Source: a virus | Taxonomy: Duplodnaviria; Heunggongvirae; Uroviricota; Caudoviricetes | Reading direction: 5' to 3' (one strand) | Virus record (IMG/VR): IMGVR_UViG_3300049215_000227 | Span: 103,998 to 167,997 of that record | Length of the DNA: 64,000 nucleotides | Shown: positions 29,790-38,733 of the stretch, piece after piece | How the letters are laid out: each line of letters starts with the position of its first letter | Position numbering within the stretch: the first letter of the stretch is position 1 | Translations under genes and position numbers: made by a program | Notes under the pieces: model-generated | Database searches by the model: none | What the model saw: the letters and a program-made list of their open reading frames with translations, nothing else | Told to the model about the DNA's origin: nothing

Positions 29790-30237
29790 GCGCAGAAAGA
29801 TTTTCTTCTGGAACGAGCGTGATAAGTACGGCGCCTTCTCCAATTTTCATGAGGGTCCGTATGACATCGACGGCAAGTCGTGGCCGACTACGGAGCATTA
29901 TTTTGCAGCTCAAAAGACCATGGACGAGTCTGAGAGGGAAGCTATTCGGAAGGCGGCAACTCCGCTAGACGCTAAGAGGATGGGCAGAGTCGTTAAGCTT
30001 CGTCCTGACTGGGATAAGGTGAAGTACGACGTCATGCTAACAGCTCTTAGAGCTAAGTTTGGCAGCTCTCAAGAGCTCAAGAAGTTGCTCCTATCTACCG
30101 AAGATGCCCTGGTTTACGAGGACTCACCTTACGACAAGGTGTGGGGAACTGGAGTTCGCGGTGGCGTTGGCTCGGGTCAAAACCTACTAGGTAAAGCTCT
30201 CATGCAGGTGAGAGAGGAGTTGAGGAATCAATGCTGA
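29782..30237 (+). CDS. NADAR-domain protein (YbiA-like)
   Basis: FFWNERDKYGAFSNFHEGPYDIDGKSWPTTEHYFAAQK is the NADAR signature (FSNF...W.T.EHYFQA.K). Confidence 0.6.
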   Translation: MNERRKIFFWNERDKYGAFSNFHEGPYDIDGKSWPTTEHYFAAQKTMDESEREAIRKAATPLDAKRMGRVVKLRPDWDKVKYDVMLTALRAKFGSSQELKKLLLSTEDALVYEDSPYDKVWGTGVRGGVGSGQNLLGKALMQVREELRNQC

Positions 30238-30389
30238 ATCTCGTGCTATCTATCCTTGATATTCTTGGCGCCATCGTGTGCGGCTACTGCGCCTACAAAG
30301 CTTACAAAGACCCTAACACGTACCCTACGTGGTACATGTTTATGGCCGGTTTCTTTTGCTTGTTCAACATCTTTGCAGCCATGTTATAA
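30231..30389 (+). CDS. small membrane protein (52 aa)
   Basis: ATG overlaps the NADAR stop (ATGCTGA). Two hydrophobic helices. Not in the ORF track because it is under 60 aa. Confidence 0.3.
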   Translation: MLNLVLSILDILGAIVCGYCAYKAYKDPNTYPTWYMFMAGFFCLFNIFAAML

Positions 30390-30406
30390 TGAGCTTGGAC
30401 CTGTCC

Positions 30407-30496
30407 GTCGGTTACGGGGCAGAGCCTTATAAGCTCTTTAAGCACTAGATTAGTGTTGCACGAGGGTTCGACTCCCTACAGGTCTACCAACTTTAT
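30407..30496 (+). tRNA. class II tRNA (90 nt, long variable arm), anticodon loop CUUAUAA (UAU)
   Basis: Acceptor GGACCTG/CAGGTCT, A73 with CCA encoded. Anticodon stem AGAGC/GCTCT. Variable-arm hairpin CACTA/TAGTG. T-arm GAGGG-TTCGACT-CCCTA. Isolated from the main array. Confidence 0.4.
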
Positions 30497-30504
30497 GTCC
30501 CAAG

Positions 30505-30728
30505 AACTTTGGCAAACCCTCTTCGAGATCAAGCAGAAAGAAGAGCGCGTTGAGGATGGAGACTTGGGTTCCTACTACAACATCACATATGACTTAGTGA
30601 ACGTTCACAACGATCAGGTTGTTGCGAACTACAGAGACTACGGATACGCGAGGAAACAAGCTAGACGTAGATATAAGAAGCTCGTTCGTCTCATGGAAAA
30701 AACTTTCATGGACGTGGCGGGATGCTGA
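30505..30728 (+). CDS. hypothetical protein
   Basis: ATG at 30505, immediately after the tRNA (MSQELWQTLF...). Confidence 0.35.
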
Positions 30729-30898
30729 CAGCTAGAGGACCGCCCCGCTTGCGGCTCCGTCTGCCAGCATAAAGAGGCGGTAATAGCCTGGGAAAGCCGT
30801 CTTGATGACCAGGTTGTTAGATGTATTGGGTTAGATGGGGGTTGGCGGGGAAACCTCAACAATGAGACTGCTCGCCAACCTATTCCAACCCCTAAAAT

Positions 30899-30912
30899 TC
30901 TGATCGTATAAT
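30899..30912 (+). promoter_or_regulatory. promoter-like motif A (TCTGATCGTATAAT)
   Basis: Copy of motif A, 40 nt upstream of ORF 30954. Confidence 0.45.
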
Positions 30913-30953
30913 CGCGTTGTTCTTCTGCGTCAAAATTTTTAAAGGAGATTTCA

Positions 30954-31301
30954 ATGGCTCATAAAGGTTACACGGTTCCCTACTTCATCAACTTCTTCGA
31001 GAGTATTCCTGACCATCGCTGGACTGAAGGCGAACTTCAGCGTAGCGGCACGGTTCAGAAGTGCGCTCTCGGTCACGCTGCCAGCGACAGTCGTGCGCCT
31101 GCAAACTCGTTTGTTACCAACAACGATGTGAGCAGCTCTCAGCGTGCTCAAGCCCTCATCGAGGTTCTCGGCGGTGATGTTGCTGCCATCAACGACGCTG
31201 ACGGTTCTTACGCTGATCTTGGTCGCACGCCTCGCGGCCGCATTCTCCGCGCTCTCCGCAACGTGAAGCGCACCGGAAACGTTTTCGGAAACCGTGAATA
31301 A
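30954..31301 (+). CDS. hypothetical protein
   Basis: 115 aa. RBS AAGGAGA. Confidence 0.4.
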   Translation: MAHKGYTVPYFINFFESIPDHRWTEGELQRSGTVQKCALGHAASDSRAPANSFVTNNDVSSSQRAQALIEVLGGDVAAINDADGSYADLGRTPRGRILRALRNVKRTGNVFGNRE

Positions 31302-31324
31302 AACTCGAATCTGAAACAATAATT

Positions 31325-31368
31325 GGCCCGCTACAGGAGTTTTCTTGTGGCGGGCTTTCATTTTTGGA
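31325..31368 (+). terminator. rho-independent terminator
   Basis: GCCCGC...GCGGGC hairpin followed by TTTCATTTTT. Confidence 0.5.
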
Positions 31369-31441
31369 GGCGAGAAATGCCGTCAATTAGTGTCAATCCG
31401 CAGCGATATAGTAGTCCCCCTAACCCTCAGAAAGGAAACAG

Positions 31442-32681
31442 TATGGATTTTCGTAAAGTGAAACTCATCTCCCTGCTCATCGCAGGCACGGTGGGCTTGT
31501 TCTTGCTCGTAAGCGTCGGGCGAGGACTTGTTGGAACCAACAACGCAGGTTTTTATCAGATCAAGCAGGCGGCAGTGACCGGAACGATGACCGTCATCGA
31601 CCAACCCGGCTCCTACGCTCGCTTGTTCGCAGACATCCACACGTACCAAATCTCCGACATGCACTACTTCTCCAAGAGCAACTTGGACGGTGGTGGCGGA
31701 GATGAGTCAAGTCCTATCCACGTTCGATTCAACGATGGTGGTACCGCAGACATCAGCGGCGCTATCAAGTATCGCTTGCCAGCAGACGACGCGAAGCGAC
31801 TCAAGATTCATCAAGACTTCAAGTCCTACGAAGCGCTCAAGCACGACTTGATTCGTCAGACCGTATCAGAAGCTATGATGCAGACTGCGACTCTCATGAA
31901 GGCAGAGGAATCGTATTCCACTCGCCGCTCTGAGTTCACGTCGCTCGTGGAAGACCAGATCAAGAACGGCATCTACGATGTTACCGCTCGAGAAGTCAAA
32001 ACCAAGGACGCAGATGGAAATGAGCTCGTGGACCATGAAGTCTTCGTTAAGCGAGACGAGAAGGGTAATCCCGTCATCCGCAAGCCTTCTCCCCTGAATA
32101 CCTACGGCATTGAAGTCGTATCCTTCACCATTAAGGAGCTTGACTTCGATCAGACCATCGAAGCTCTGATCCAGAAGAAGAAGGAAGCTGAGCAGCAGAA
32201 GGTTGTGGCTCGCGCTAACGCTGAGAAAGCTAAGCAAGACGCTATCACCGCTCGCGAGCAAGGTAACGCCAAGATCGCGACTGAGAAAGCTGAGCAAGAT
32301 GTCCAGAAGATCAAGGAAGTTACGATCGCCGAGAAGCAGTTCGAGGTTGCCCAGCTCAAGCGCAAGCAAGCTGAGCAGGATGCCCAAGCTGCCATCACCA
32401 ATGGTAAAGCTGAAGCTGAAGTTAACCGCTTGAAGGTTCAAGCTGGCTTGACTCCGCTCGAGCGCGCTACCATCGAGAAGGAAACTGCCATCGGCGTTGC
32501 TGCAGAGCTCGCTAAGGTGCAGTTCCCAGGCATGATGGTGCTGGGTGGAAGTGGCGGCAGCGCCATGAATCCCTTCGACGCTGTAGGTCTCGAGAGCTTC
32601 ATGCGCATCAGCAGCAAGCTGAGCAAGCAGCACGTCGGTCAGACCGGTAAGAACTCTGGTTCTGCCAACGACGGTGAGTAA
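31442..32681 (+). CDS. SPFH/band-7 (stomatin/HflK-like) membrane protein
   Basis: N-terminal transmembrane helix, an SPFH-like core, and a long Ala/Lys/Glu/Gln coiled coil (QKKKEAEQQKVVARANAEKAKQD...). RBS AAAGGAAAC. Confidence 0.6.
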
Positions 32682-32909
32682 GTTCCACAGCGACGATCGG
32701 GGATAGCGTTTAGCCTAGGTTAATCCTCTAGTCGACTGGAAGTCTGTGGGCCTCGCGGACAGAGGGGTGAAAGTCCCCAGGGGCACACTTTATAAGGAGA
32801 ATTCAAATGCCTGCATTACTCGATATGGCTCTCGCAATCTTGGTCCTTACCGGGGCCTTCTTCATGGGATCAGCAGCGTACGCGCTGGTTAAAGAGTTGA
32901 GGAAAGAAA

Positions 32910-33359
32910 ATGACAACGATAAGACGCCGCCTGCTGGTAAGTAGCGCAATATTGGTCTTGATCCTAGCGTTCGCAGCGTCCTGCACGGACAGCGAGCAGC
33001 AAGCCCAGATCGAAAGGCAGAAGCGAATTGAGCAGCAAGAAAAAGACGACGCAGCTAGAGCTAGTGAAGCGGCCAAGAATGCTCAGTCGCAGGGAGGAGC
33101 AGGATCGAGCGATACCAGTCAAGTCGAGCCAGAAGCTTCGCCGACTCCCGATGCTACGCAAGAGCCGGATAAGACGACAAATTACATCTACTTCAATGGG
33201 AACTCTAAAGTTGTCTGCATCTGCAGAAAGAGCTCTGAGTGCGGAATGACCTTCTGGGGTTGCGATGACGGCAAGGTATACGGATGCATGCACAACGCCG
33301 TATATCAGCCGGTCGAAGTGGAAGCAACGAACGACAACACGTCCAACTGCGAGGAATAG
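32910..33359 (+). CDS. lipoprotein
   Basis: LVLILAFAASCTDS lipobox with an acidic/Gln-rich linker. Confidence 0.45.
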   Translation: MTTIRRRLLVSSAILVLILAFAASCTDSEQQAQIERQKRIEQQEKDDAARASEAAKNAQSQGGAGSSDTSQVEPEASPTPDATQEPDKTTNYIYFNGNSKVVCICRKSSECGMTFWGCDDGKVYGCMHNAVYQPVEVEATNDNTSNCEE

Positions 33360-33935
33360 ATGGAAGAGCCGGTACTGGTATTTGACGACGTTCTTAATCA
33401 AGGTCAGCATAAGTTGATCCTTGACGAGTTGCAGAGACGCGACGCGTTCATGCCAGCCGGCTCTCAGTGGACTAGCAAGAGCTACTGGCATCCCCATGAC
33501 GGCAACGTTCTCAAGACTCCTTACACAGTGATGCCGTGCCTGCCAGGAAGCTACTTCATCCGCTACAACGAGCTGCTGCACACCGTGATGAATGACCCGC
33601 GATTCGCTGAAGTTCAGAAACTGTTGAAGGATCTAGAAGTCGACAGAATTGGCGTCTCTGGCTTCGCGTACCCTTCCAACTCCGGATTTGACTGGCATCA
33701 CGATGGAGAAAATTCTCAGCTGGCGCTGGTTTACTACGCCGTTGAGCGCTGGGAACCTTCGTGGGGTGGTGAGCTTCTAGTTGACGGAGGCGACGGCAAG
33801 GGAACATTCGTAGCTGTGCGACCAAATAGATTGGTAATCATCAAGCGCGGAGTCAATCACAAGGTTGCACCGATAAGTTTCAGGGCTGGCGATCAGATGC
33901 GTTGGAGCGTCGCAGGATTCTTCGAGTCCAATTAA
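33360..33935 (+). CDS. 2OG-Fe(II) oxygenase-like protein
   Basis: WHHDGEN (HxD) ... GGELLV ... NHKV (distal His). Confidence 0.45.
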   Translation: MEEPVLVFDDVLNQGQHKLILDELQRRDAFMPAGSQWTSKSYWHPHDGNVLKTPYTVMPCLPGSYFIRYNELLHTVMNDPRFAEVQKLLKDLEVDRIGVSGFAYPSNSGFDWHHDGENSQLALVYYAVERWEPSWGGELLVDGGDGKGTFVAVRPNRLVIIKRGVNHKVAPISFRAGDQMRWSVAGFFESN

Positions 33936-34762
33936 GTAGAAGCTGGATCCTTAGGTTGAGAAGCCTCAGCATTAACTTGCTGGGGCTTTTCTGTTTCTGC
34001 GGGCTTGTCGTCAACGACAACATGCGGATCAGAAGGTTCCTTCACCACGGGATTAAGCTCTAGCTTGGGTACCTTGACCTTGTTGATACGAGCATAAATA
34101 TCAGCGAGTAACTTCTTCATCTCTCCTGCTTCGGGAGCCTTCTTCATGGCCGCTTGACGCATCTTTCTGAGGTTGCCGCGCTTCTTAGGCTCGATGATCT
34201 TGTCAGCCAGCCCTAATGACACTGCTTCACTCGCAGACAGAAACAGGTCTCTCTGCAGCACGTCTACCCAGAAATCTCTCGGCATGCGACTGTTCTTTTC
34301 GTAGATGTCGTAGGCAATAGCCATGAGTCGCTGATTCTCAACTGCGCCGATCTGTATGTCGGTGTGCTTACCTTCATACCAGGAAGATAGTTCGTGGACC
34401 ATCACGGAGGCGTGAGGATATAGGTAGCGCTCGTCGCAAACTGCCATGATCCAGGTGGCTGCCGACATGATGGCTCCACCTCCATAGAACTTAACTTGAC
34501 ATGGGCAACTTAGGATCTCATCGTGGAGTCGAAGCATGGCGTACATGTCACCGCCATAGCTGTTCATATGTATCTCTATGGGTTTTCCAGGCGCATCCAG
34601 AGCCATTCTATGCATGGAACGGATGGCTAGCTCTACCGATGCCTGAGTGAAGTCTCCCTGGTCATCCTGGGACCAATCGATTGGTACCCCGAAGTAGATG
34701 CGTCTGTTTTTTAAGTCGATTCCGTAGATAAGGCTGTCTGTGAGTTCGGATTGGGCCGCCAT
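33932..34762 (-). CDS. ClpP/S49-like serine protease (second copy)
   Basis: IEIHMNSYGGDMYA...GAIMSAATWIM...VMVHEL. Paralogous to 15214..15906. Confidence 0.55.
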   Translation of the reverse strand: MAAQSELTDSLIYGIDLKNRRIYFGVPIDWSQDDQGDFTQASVELAIRSMHRMALDAPGKPIEIHMNSYGGDMYAMLRLHDEILSCPCQVKFYGGGAIMSAATWIMAVCDERYLYPHASVMVHELSSWYEGKHTDIQIGAVENQRLMAIAYDIYEKNSRMPRDFWVDVLQRDLFLSASEAVSLGLADKIIEPKKRGNLRKMRQAAMKKAPEAGEMKKLLADIYARINKVKVPKLELNPVVKEPSDPHVVVDDKPAETEKPQQVNAEASQPKDPAST

Positions 34763-34794
34763 TTTACTATTATACTATAGGGTAAAATACTTAG

Positions 34795-35265
34795 ATGGAT
34801 AAGCATGAATTGGTCGGCATGACCATTCAAAAACTCATCGAGCACTTCAAGATGTCTCCTGAGTCGTTCGAGTACTACGACAGCGAGCGAAGGCCAAATC
34901 AGGCGGTTCAGCCTACGATTACGTGGCAACCTAAAATTCAACTTAATGATCACTCGTCCACAGTAGTAAACGATCCAAACAACGTCCACGCCGTCATAGT
35001 GATGTTTAACCCCATGATAAACGAGTTGTCGTGCTACTTATTCTTAAAGGCTCCACCTAACCTCATAACCAACCATGGAACTACTGCTGACTGCGTTATA
35101 ACCTCCAAGCGAGCGTTCGAGAAGTGGCGCGGTAACTACAGGAAGTTCAAGAAGTTGAGAGACCTCATCATAGCTAGAGATAAGCGAAGAGAGAATATGG
35201 ATTACCTTCGTAAACTCTCATCCGTCTTTCCTGACGCTATGGATGGACATTGGATCGACCGCTAA
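34795..35265 (+). CDS. hypothetical protein
   Basis: 156 aa. Confidence 0.4.
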   Translation: MDKHELVGMTIQKLIEHFKMSPESFEYYDSERRPNQAVQPTITWQPKIQLNDHSSTVVNDPNNVHAVIVMFNPMINELSCYLFLKAPPNLITNHGTTADCVITSKRAFEKWRGNYRKFKKLRDLIIARDKRRENMDYLRKLSSVFPDAMDGHWIDR

Positions 35266-35268
35266 AAT

Positions 35269-35282
35269 TTTCCGAAACTATC
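35269..35282 (+). promoter_or_regulatory. promoter-like motif B (TTTCCGAAACTATC)
   Basis: Copy of motif B upstream of 35290. Confidence 0.35.
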
Positions 35283-35289
35283 AACGGGT

Positions 35290-35484
35290 GTGTCCAAATA
35301 TCTGTTGATAGGATTCTTGTTCTACGTCGTCGTCGCGTTCTGCAGACGTCACACGTTCAAGCACGCATCCTTCGCATCAGTAATTAGAGGCTTGCTAATC
35401 GGCATATTCTTATGGCCGCTAGCAGTCCTGCTTGTTGCCTACGCTATTTATTCCGATTCGAGAAAACCACATGAAGAAGACTGA
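35290..35484 (+). CDS. small membrane protein
   Basis: Two transmembrane helices. Confidence 0.35.
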   Translation: MSKYLLIGFLFYVVVAFCRRHTFKHASFASVIRGLLIGIFLWPLAVLLVAYAIYSDSRKPHEED

Positions 35485-35776
35485 AACTGTTGCAGAGTTT
35501 CTAGCCCGCGGTGGAATGATCACGAGGGTTCCCGCTCAGCAACCTATCGTTAAGACAGACAGTATAAAACCCACCTCAGTCGGAGGACCTGTAACCATCA
35601 TCACGATGGATCAGGCAGACCTCTACTACGGGGAAGCAAAAGCAAAGAAAGCAAAGAAGAAGAGCTCGAGCACGATCGATCTGTCTGCTTTGCCTCCGGA
35701 GCTGCGCAAGAAGTATGTTGACGAGGTGATTAGTGGCAACAGCGAAGAAGAAGACGACTTCGAAGAAGAAGATTGA
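35471..35776 (+). CDS. paralog-family B protein (second copy; C-terminal IDLSALPPELRKKY)
   Basis: Paralog of 5412..5603, with an added Lys-rich linker and an acidic tail. Confidence 0.5.
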   Translation: MKKTETVAEFLARGGMITRVPAQQPIVKTDSIKPTSVGGPVTIITMDQADLYYGEAKAKKAKKKSSSTIDLSALPPELRKKYVDEVISGNSEEEDDFEEED

Positions 35777-36032
35777 GAAGAAGGTTAAGCCTAAGCTCAT
35801 CCCAGAAGGAAGTTATTCCTTGGTGATGTCAGCTGAGGAGATGCTCTCCATGATTCAGATACTCTCCTTTTCGAGGGAAGTGTTTGAGCAGATGGCCGTG
35901 AACTGCCATCGCGAGGGAGACGAGAAGGGCATGCAGGTTTATGGAGCTCGCTCTAAGTTGAGTTGGATGCTCTACGAGAAGTTTAGAGATGTTGCAGGCA
36001 TTGGTGAACCGTCATCAGACCAAGTTCATTAA
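35733..36032 (+). CDS. hypothetical protein (start uncertain)
   Basis: 99-aa ORF that overlaps the previous gene. Confidence 0.3.
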   Translation: MATAKKKTTSKKKIEKKVKPKLIPEGSYSLVMSAEEMLSMIQILSFSREVFEQMAVNCHREGDEKGMQVYGARSKLSWMLYEKFRDVAGIGEPSSDQVH

Positions 36033-36035
36033 TCC
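36023..36035 (+). promoter_or_regulatory. promoter-like motif B (TCCTGAAACTATG)
   Basis: Copy of motif B, 50 nt upstream of the MoxR gene. Confidence 0.4.
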
Positions 36036-36087
36036 TGAAACTATGGTGTGAACAAACGAACTACTGTAAGTAGGAGGAAAGTAGTAG

Positions 36088-37242
36088 ATGAAACCGACAC
36101 ATATTATGACGATCATGGACCTCGCGTACGAGGCACGTAAGGCGGGAGAAACCATGAACCCGTTGTTTACGGGTGAAGCTGGTCTGGGCAAGTCTCAGAT
36201 CGTGCAGCAATGGGTGAAGAAGCAGCGCGAGCGCAATCCGAACTTCGGGTTCATCGACCTCCGCATCGCTTACATGGAAGCACCTGACATGATTGGTCTT
36301 CCTGAGAACGAGCTGGTGAAGGAGCGCGGTCAGGAGTACAAGATCACGTCGCACTTCGTGCCAGACTTCTGGCCTCGCGACCCGGACTCCGAAGGTCTGA
36401 TCCTGTTCGAAGAGCCGAACCGCGGCAACACCGGCATCATGAACTGCCTCATGCAGATCCTCACCGACCGCAAGGTCCACAAGATGGAGCTGCCGAAGGG
36501 TTGGATCATCGCGGGTTGCATCAACCCCGACTCGTCCGAGTACGACGTCAACACGATGGATACCGCTCTCAAAGACCGCTTTGAGGAGTATGAAGTCGAG
36601 TATGACCACATGGCGTTCATCGACTACATGGACACTCAGAACTGGAGCGAGTCCATCCAGCGCTTCGTCGGCGATGCAATCTGGGTCTACAAGACCTCGA
36701 AGGAACTCGGTCAGAACGGCAAGTACATCTCGCCTCGTACCTGGTCGAAGGTCCAAGCTGCTGAAAAAGCAGGCGCTCGCAAGAACCGAATTCTCCACCG
36801 CATCGTGGTCGGCTCGATTCTCGGCAAGGACATCGGCAACGAGTACCACAAGTACTGCTATGACCAAGCTCCGGTGACGGCTTCTGACCTCATCAAGGAC
36901 AAGAAGGCTGCTATCGCTAAGCTCACCGAGCAGTCCAATCCTGAGTCGTACAAAGGCGACATGCTCGCTGCCACGGTGGAATCCATCACCAAGGCGTACG
37001 GCGGAGCGAAGAAGGACTGCAAGGCTGACCAGATCGACGAGGACACGATGGCAGAAGTTGCCAAGACGATCCCTGCCGACTACGCGGTCAACCTCATCAA
37101 GCAGTGCGGATTCAAGCAGACGAAAGGTCGCATGAGCGACTTCTTCCAAGACTTCTGCAAGCGCCATCCTGAGCTCATCGACGTGCTCAAGGCGAACTTG
37201 AAGCTGTCTCGGGCCACTGGAGTAGATAAAGAGAAGAAATAA
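36088..37242 (+). CDS. MoxR/CbbQ-family AAA+ ATPase (CobS-like)
   Basis: Walker A GEAGLGKS, Walker B LILFEEPNRG. RBS AGGAGGAAAG. Paired with the downstream VWA gene. Confidence 0.7.
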   Translation: MKPTHIMTIMDLAYEARKAGETMNPLFTGEAGLGKSQIVQQWVKKQRERNPNFGFIDLRIAYMEAPDMIGLPENELVKERGQEYKITSHFVPDFWPRDPDSEGLILFEEPNRGNTGIMNCLMQILTDRKVHKMELPKGWIIAGCINPDSSEYDVNTMDTALKDRFEEYEVEYDHMAFIDYMDTQNWSESIQRFVGDAIWVYKTSKELGQNGKYISPRTWSKVQAAEKAGARKNRILHRIVVGSILGKDIGNEYHKYCYDQAPVTASDLIKDKKAAIAKLTEQSNPESYKGDMLAATVESITKAYGGAKKDCKADQIDEDTMAEVAKTIPADYAVNLIKQCGFKQTKGRMSDFFQDFCKRHPELIDVLKANLKLSRATGVDKEKK

Positions 37243-37297
37243 GGGCCCAAGGTCGACCGGGAGTGGGTGTTCCTCCACCGCTCCCGGTCTAACCTTT

Positions 37298-37310
37298 TTC
37301 TGAAACTATT
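37298..37310 (+). promoter_or_regulatory. promoter-like motif B (TTCTGAAACTATT)
   Basis: Copy of motif B upstream of the VWA gene. Confidence 0.4.
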
Positions 37311-37335
37311 ACGGGTCAACGGAGGCCCAATACAG

Positions 37336-38733
37336 ATGTCATCACGCGTTAGACCAAAGTTGTCGAAAGAGTTACTTGACCACGAGTTCGTTCCAGTCGA
37401 GCTCAAGAAACGCTCGCTGGCGTCTGCCATCTACGAGTGCACGAAGACTCACCCCTTTCTGGGCTCAGTCCTTCAGTGCCTGACGATTCAGTACGGCCAC
37501 AGCATTCCTACGGCTGGCATCATGTTCAACACGGACGCGAAGCGCTGGGACATGATCATCAACCCGTACTTCTTCTGCAAGAAGTTGAACCTGCTCCAGC
37601 AGAAGGCCATCCTTCTTCACGAGCTGAGTCACATCACTCACAAGCACCCGCTTCGCGTGCCGTTCCTTAAGATTTCTGCTCGCAAGCGCATGCTCATGAA
37701 CATCGCGGCCGACATGGCGATCAACCAGTTCATCAAGAACTTGCCGCAGGGTTGCCCTCAGTGTCCTCCGCCTGACGCTCAGAAGCCGTGCGAGAACGAT
37801 CTCTGTCCGGGCAAGGGCATCTTCGTCGAGGACTTCCACGACATCGATCCTAAGACCCAGAAGCAGATCCCGTGGGAGAAGAATCGCACGATGGAGTACT
37901 ACTACGAGAAGCTCCTCCAGCGCTTCGACGACCCAGATAAGAACGAAGACCAGGGCGACGGAGATGGAAATGCGGGCGGTGGAGCCGATACCGGCGATCT
38001 TCCTAGCACCATCGACGAGCACATGTGGGACGGTGCCGCTGAGGAAGGCGACATGCTCGAGGCTACTGAGGAGCTTGTTAAGCGCGCCATGGTTAAGGCT
38101 AGGTTGGATTACTCCAGTCTGCCTGACTCGGTGAAGGAGCTTCTTGAGGACATCAAGGCTCGTCGCGCTGAGCTCAACTACAAGGCTCTCATCATGCTGG
38201 CGCTGAAGCGTCACGCTGCGGGTCACGACCGCAAGAACACTTGGACGCGCAAGTCCAAGCGCTTCGGCAATAAGGCTCCGGGCACCAAGGTCGGCGATCT
38301 GCCTAAGCTGCAGAACTTCATCGACACCTCAGGGTCCATCTCGATCGAGGAAGCTAACGAGTTCCTCGAGATCGTGGATCAGTTCTTGAGGGTTGGCGCT
38401 CGCAAGTGCAAGCTTGGCTTCTTCCACACGGCTCTATACAAGAACGAGGACTACAAGCTCGGTCAGAGAGTGAAGCGCGAGGACATTCAGTCTGGCGGCA
38501 CGGACTTGACTCCTGTCATGCAGGAGATCTTGAAGCGTAAGCCTGACCTCTCGGTCGTCGTGACCGACGGCTGTTACGGCGATGTTCCGGTTGAGTCTTG
38601 GATGAAGCCAGGTGAGAAGTGGCCAACCACGCTCTTCATCATCTCGAAGGGTGGAACTAAGGAGCATCCGCTGAAGCGTCTGGGCGAAACCGTTCAGATC
38701 CCTGACTCAGCGACGGCTAAAGGCAAGCGATGA
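37336..38733 (+). CDS. VWA-domain protein with N-terminal HExxH metallopeptidase-like domain (CobT/DUF2201-like MoxR partner)
   Basis: HELSHITHKH motif plus a C-terminal MIDAS motif DTSGSIS. RBS ACGGAGG. Confidence 0.6.
   Translation: MSSRVRPKLSKELLDHEFVPVELKKRSLASAIYECTKTHPFLGSVLQCLTIQYGHSIPTAGIMFNTDAKRWDMIINPYFFCKKLNLLQQKAILLHELSHITHKHPLRVPFLKISARKRMLMNIAADMAINQFIKNLPQGCPQCPPPDAQKPCENDLCPGKGIFVEDFHDIDPKTQKQIPWEKNRTMEYYYEKLLQRFDDPDKNEDQGDGDGNAGGGADTGDLPSTIDEHMWDGAAEEGDMLEATEELVKRAMVKARLDYSSLPDSVKELLEDIKARRAELNYKALIMLALKRHAAGHDRKNTWTRKSKRFGNKAPGTKVGDLPKLQNFIDTSGSISIEEANEFLEIVDQFLRVGARKCKLGFFHTALYKNEDYKLGQRVKREDIQSGGTDLTPVMQEILKRKPDLSVVVTDGCYGDVPVESWMKPGEKWPTTLFIISKGGTKEHPLKRLGETVQIPDSATAKGKR

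Noticed and set aside
31866-32633. ORF 31866..32633(-) and 32150..32401(-), 32438..32626(-) antisense to the SPFH gene
   Set aside because: Leu/Ser-rich antisense translation of an Ala/Lys/Glu coiled-coil coding region.
36061-38226. Long antisense ORFs 36061..37278(-, 405 aa), 37080..37430(-), 37465..38226(-, 253 aa) opposite the MoxR and VWA genes
   Set aside because: Their translations are Leu/Arg/Val-rich with low complexity, as expected for antisense reading of GC-rich codon-biased genes. The sense frames carry Walker A/B, HExxH and MIDAS motifs.
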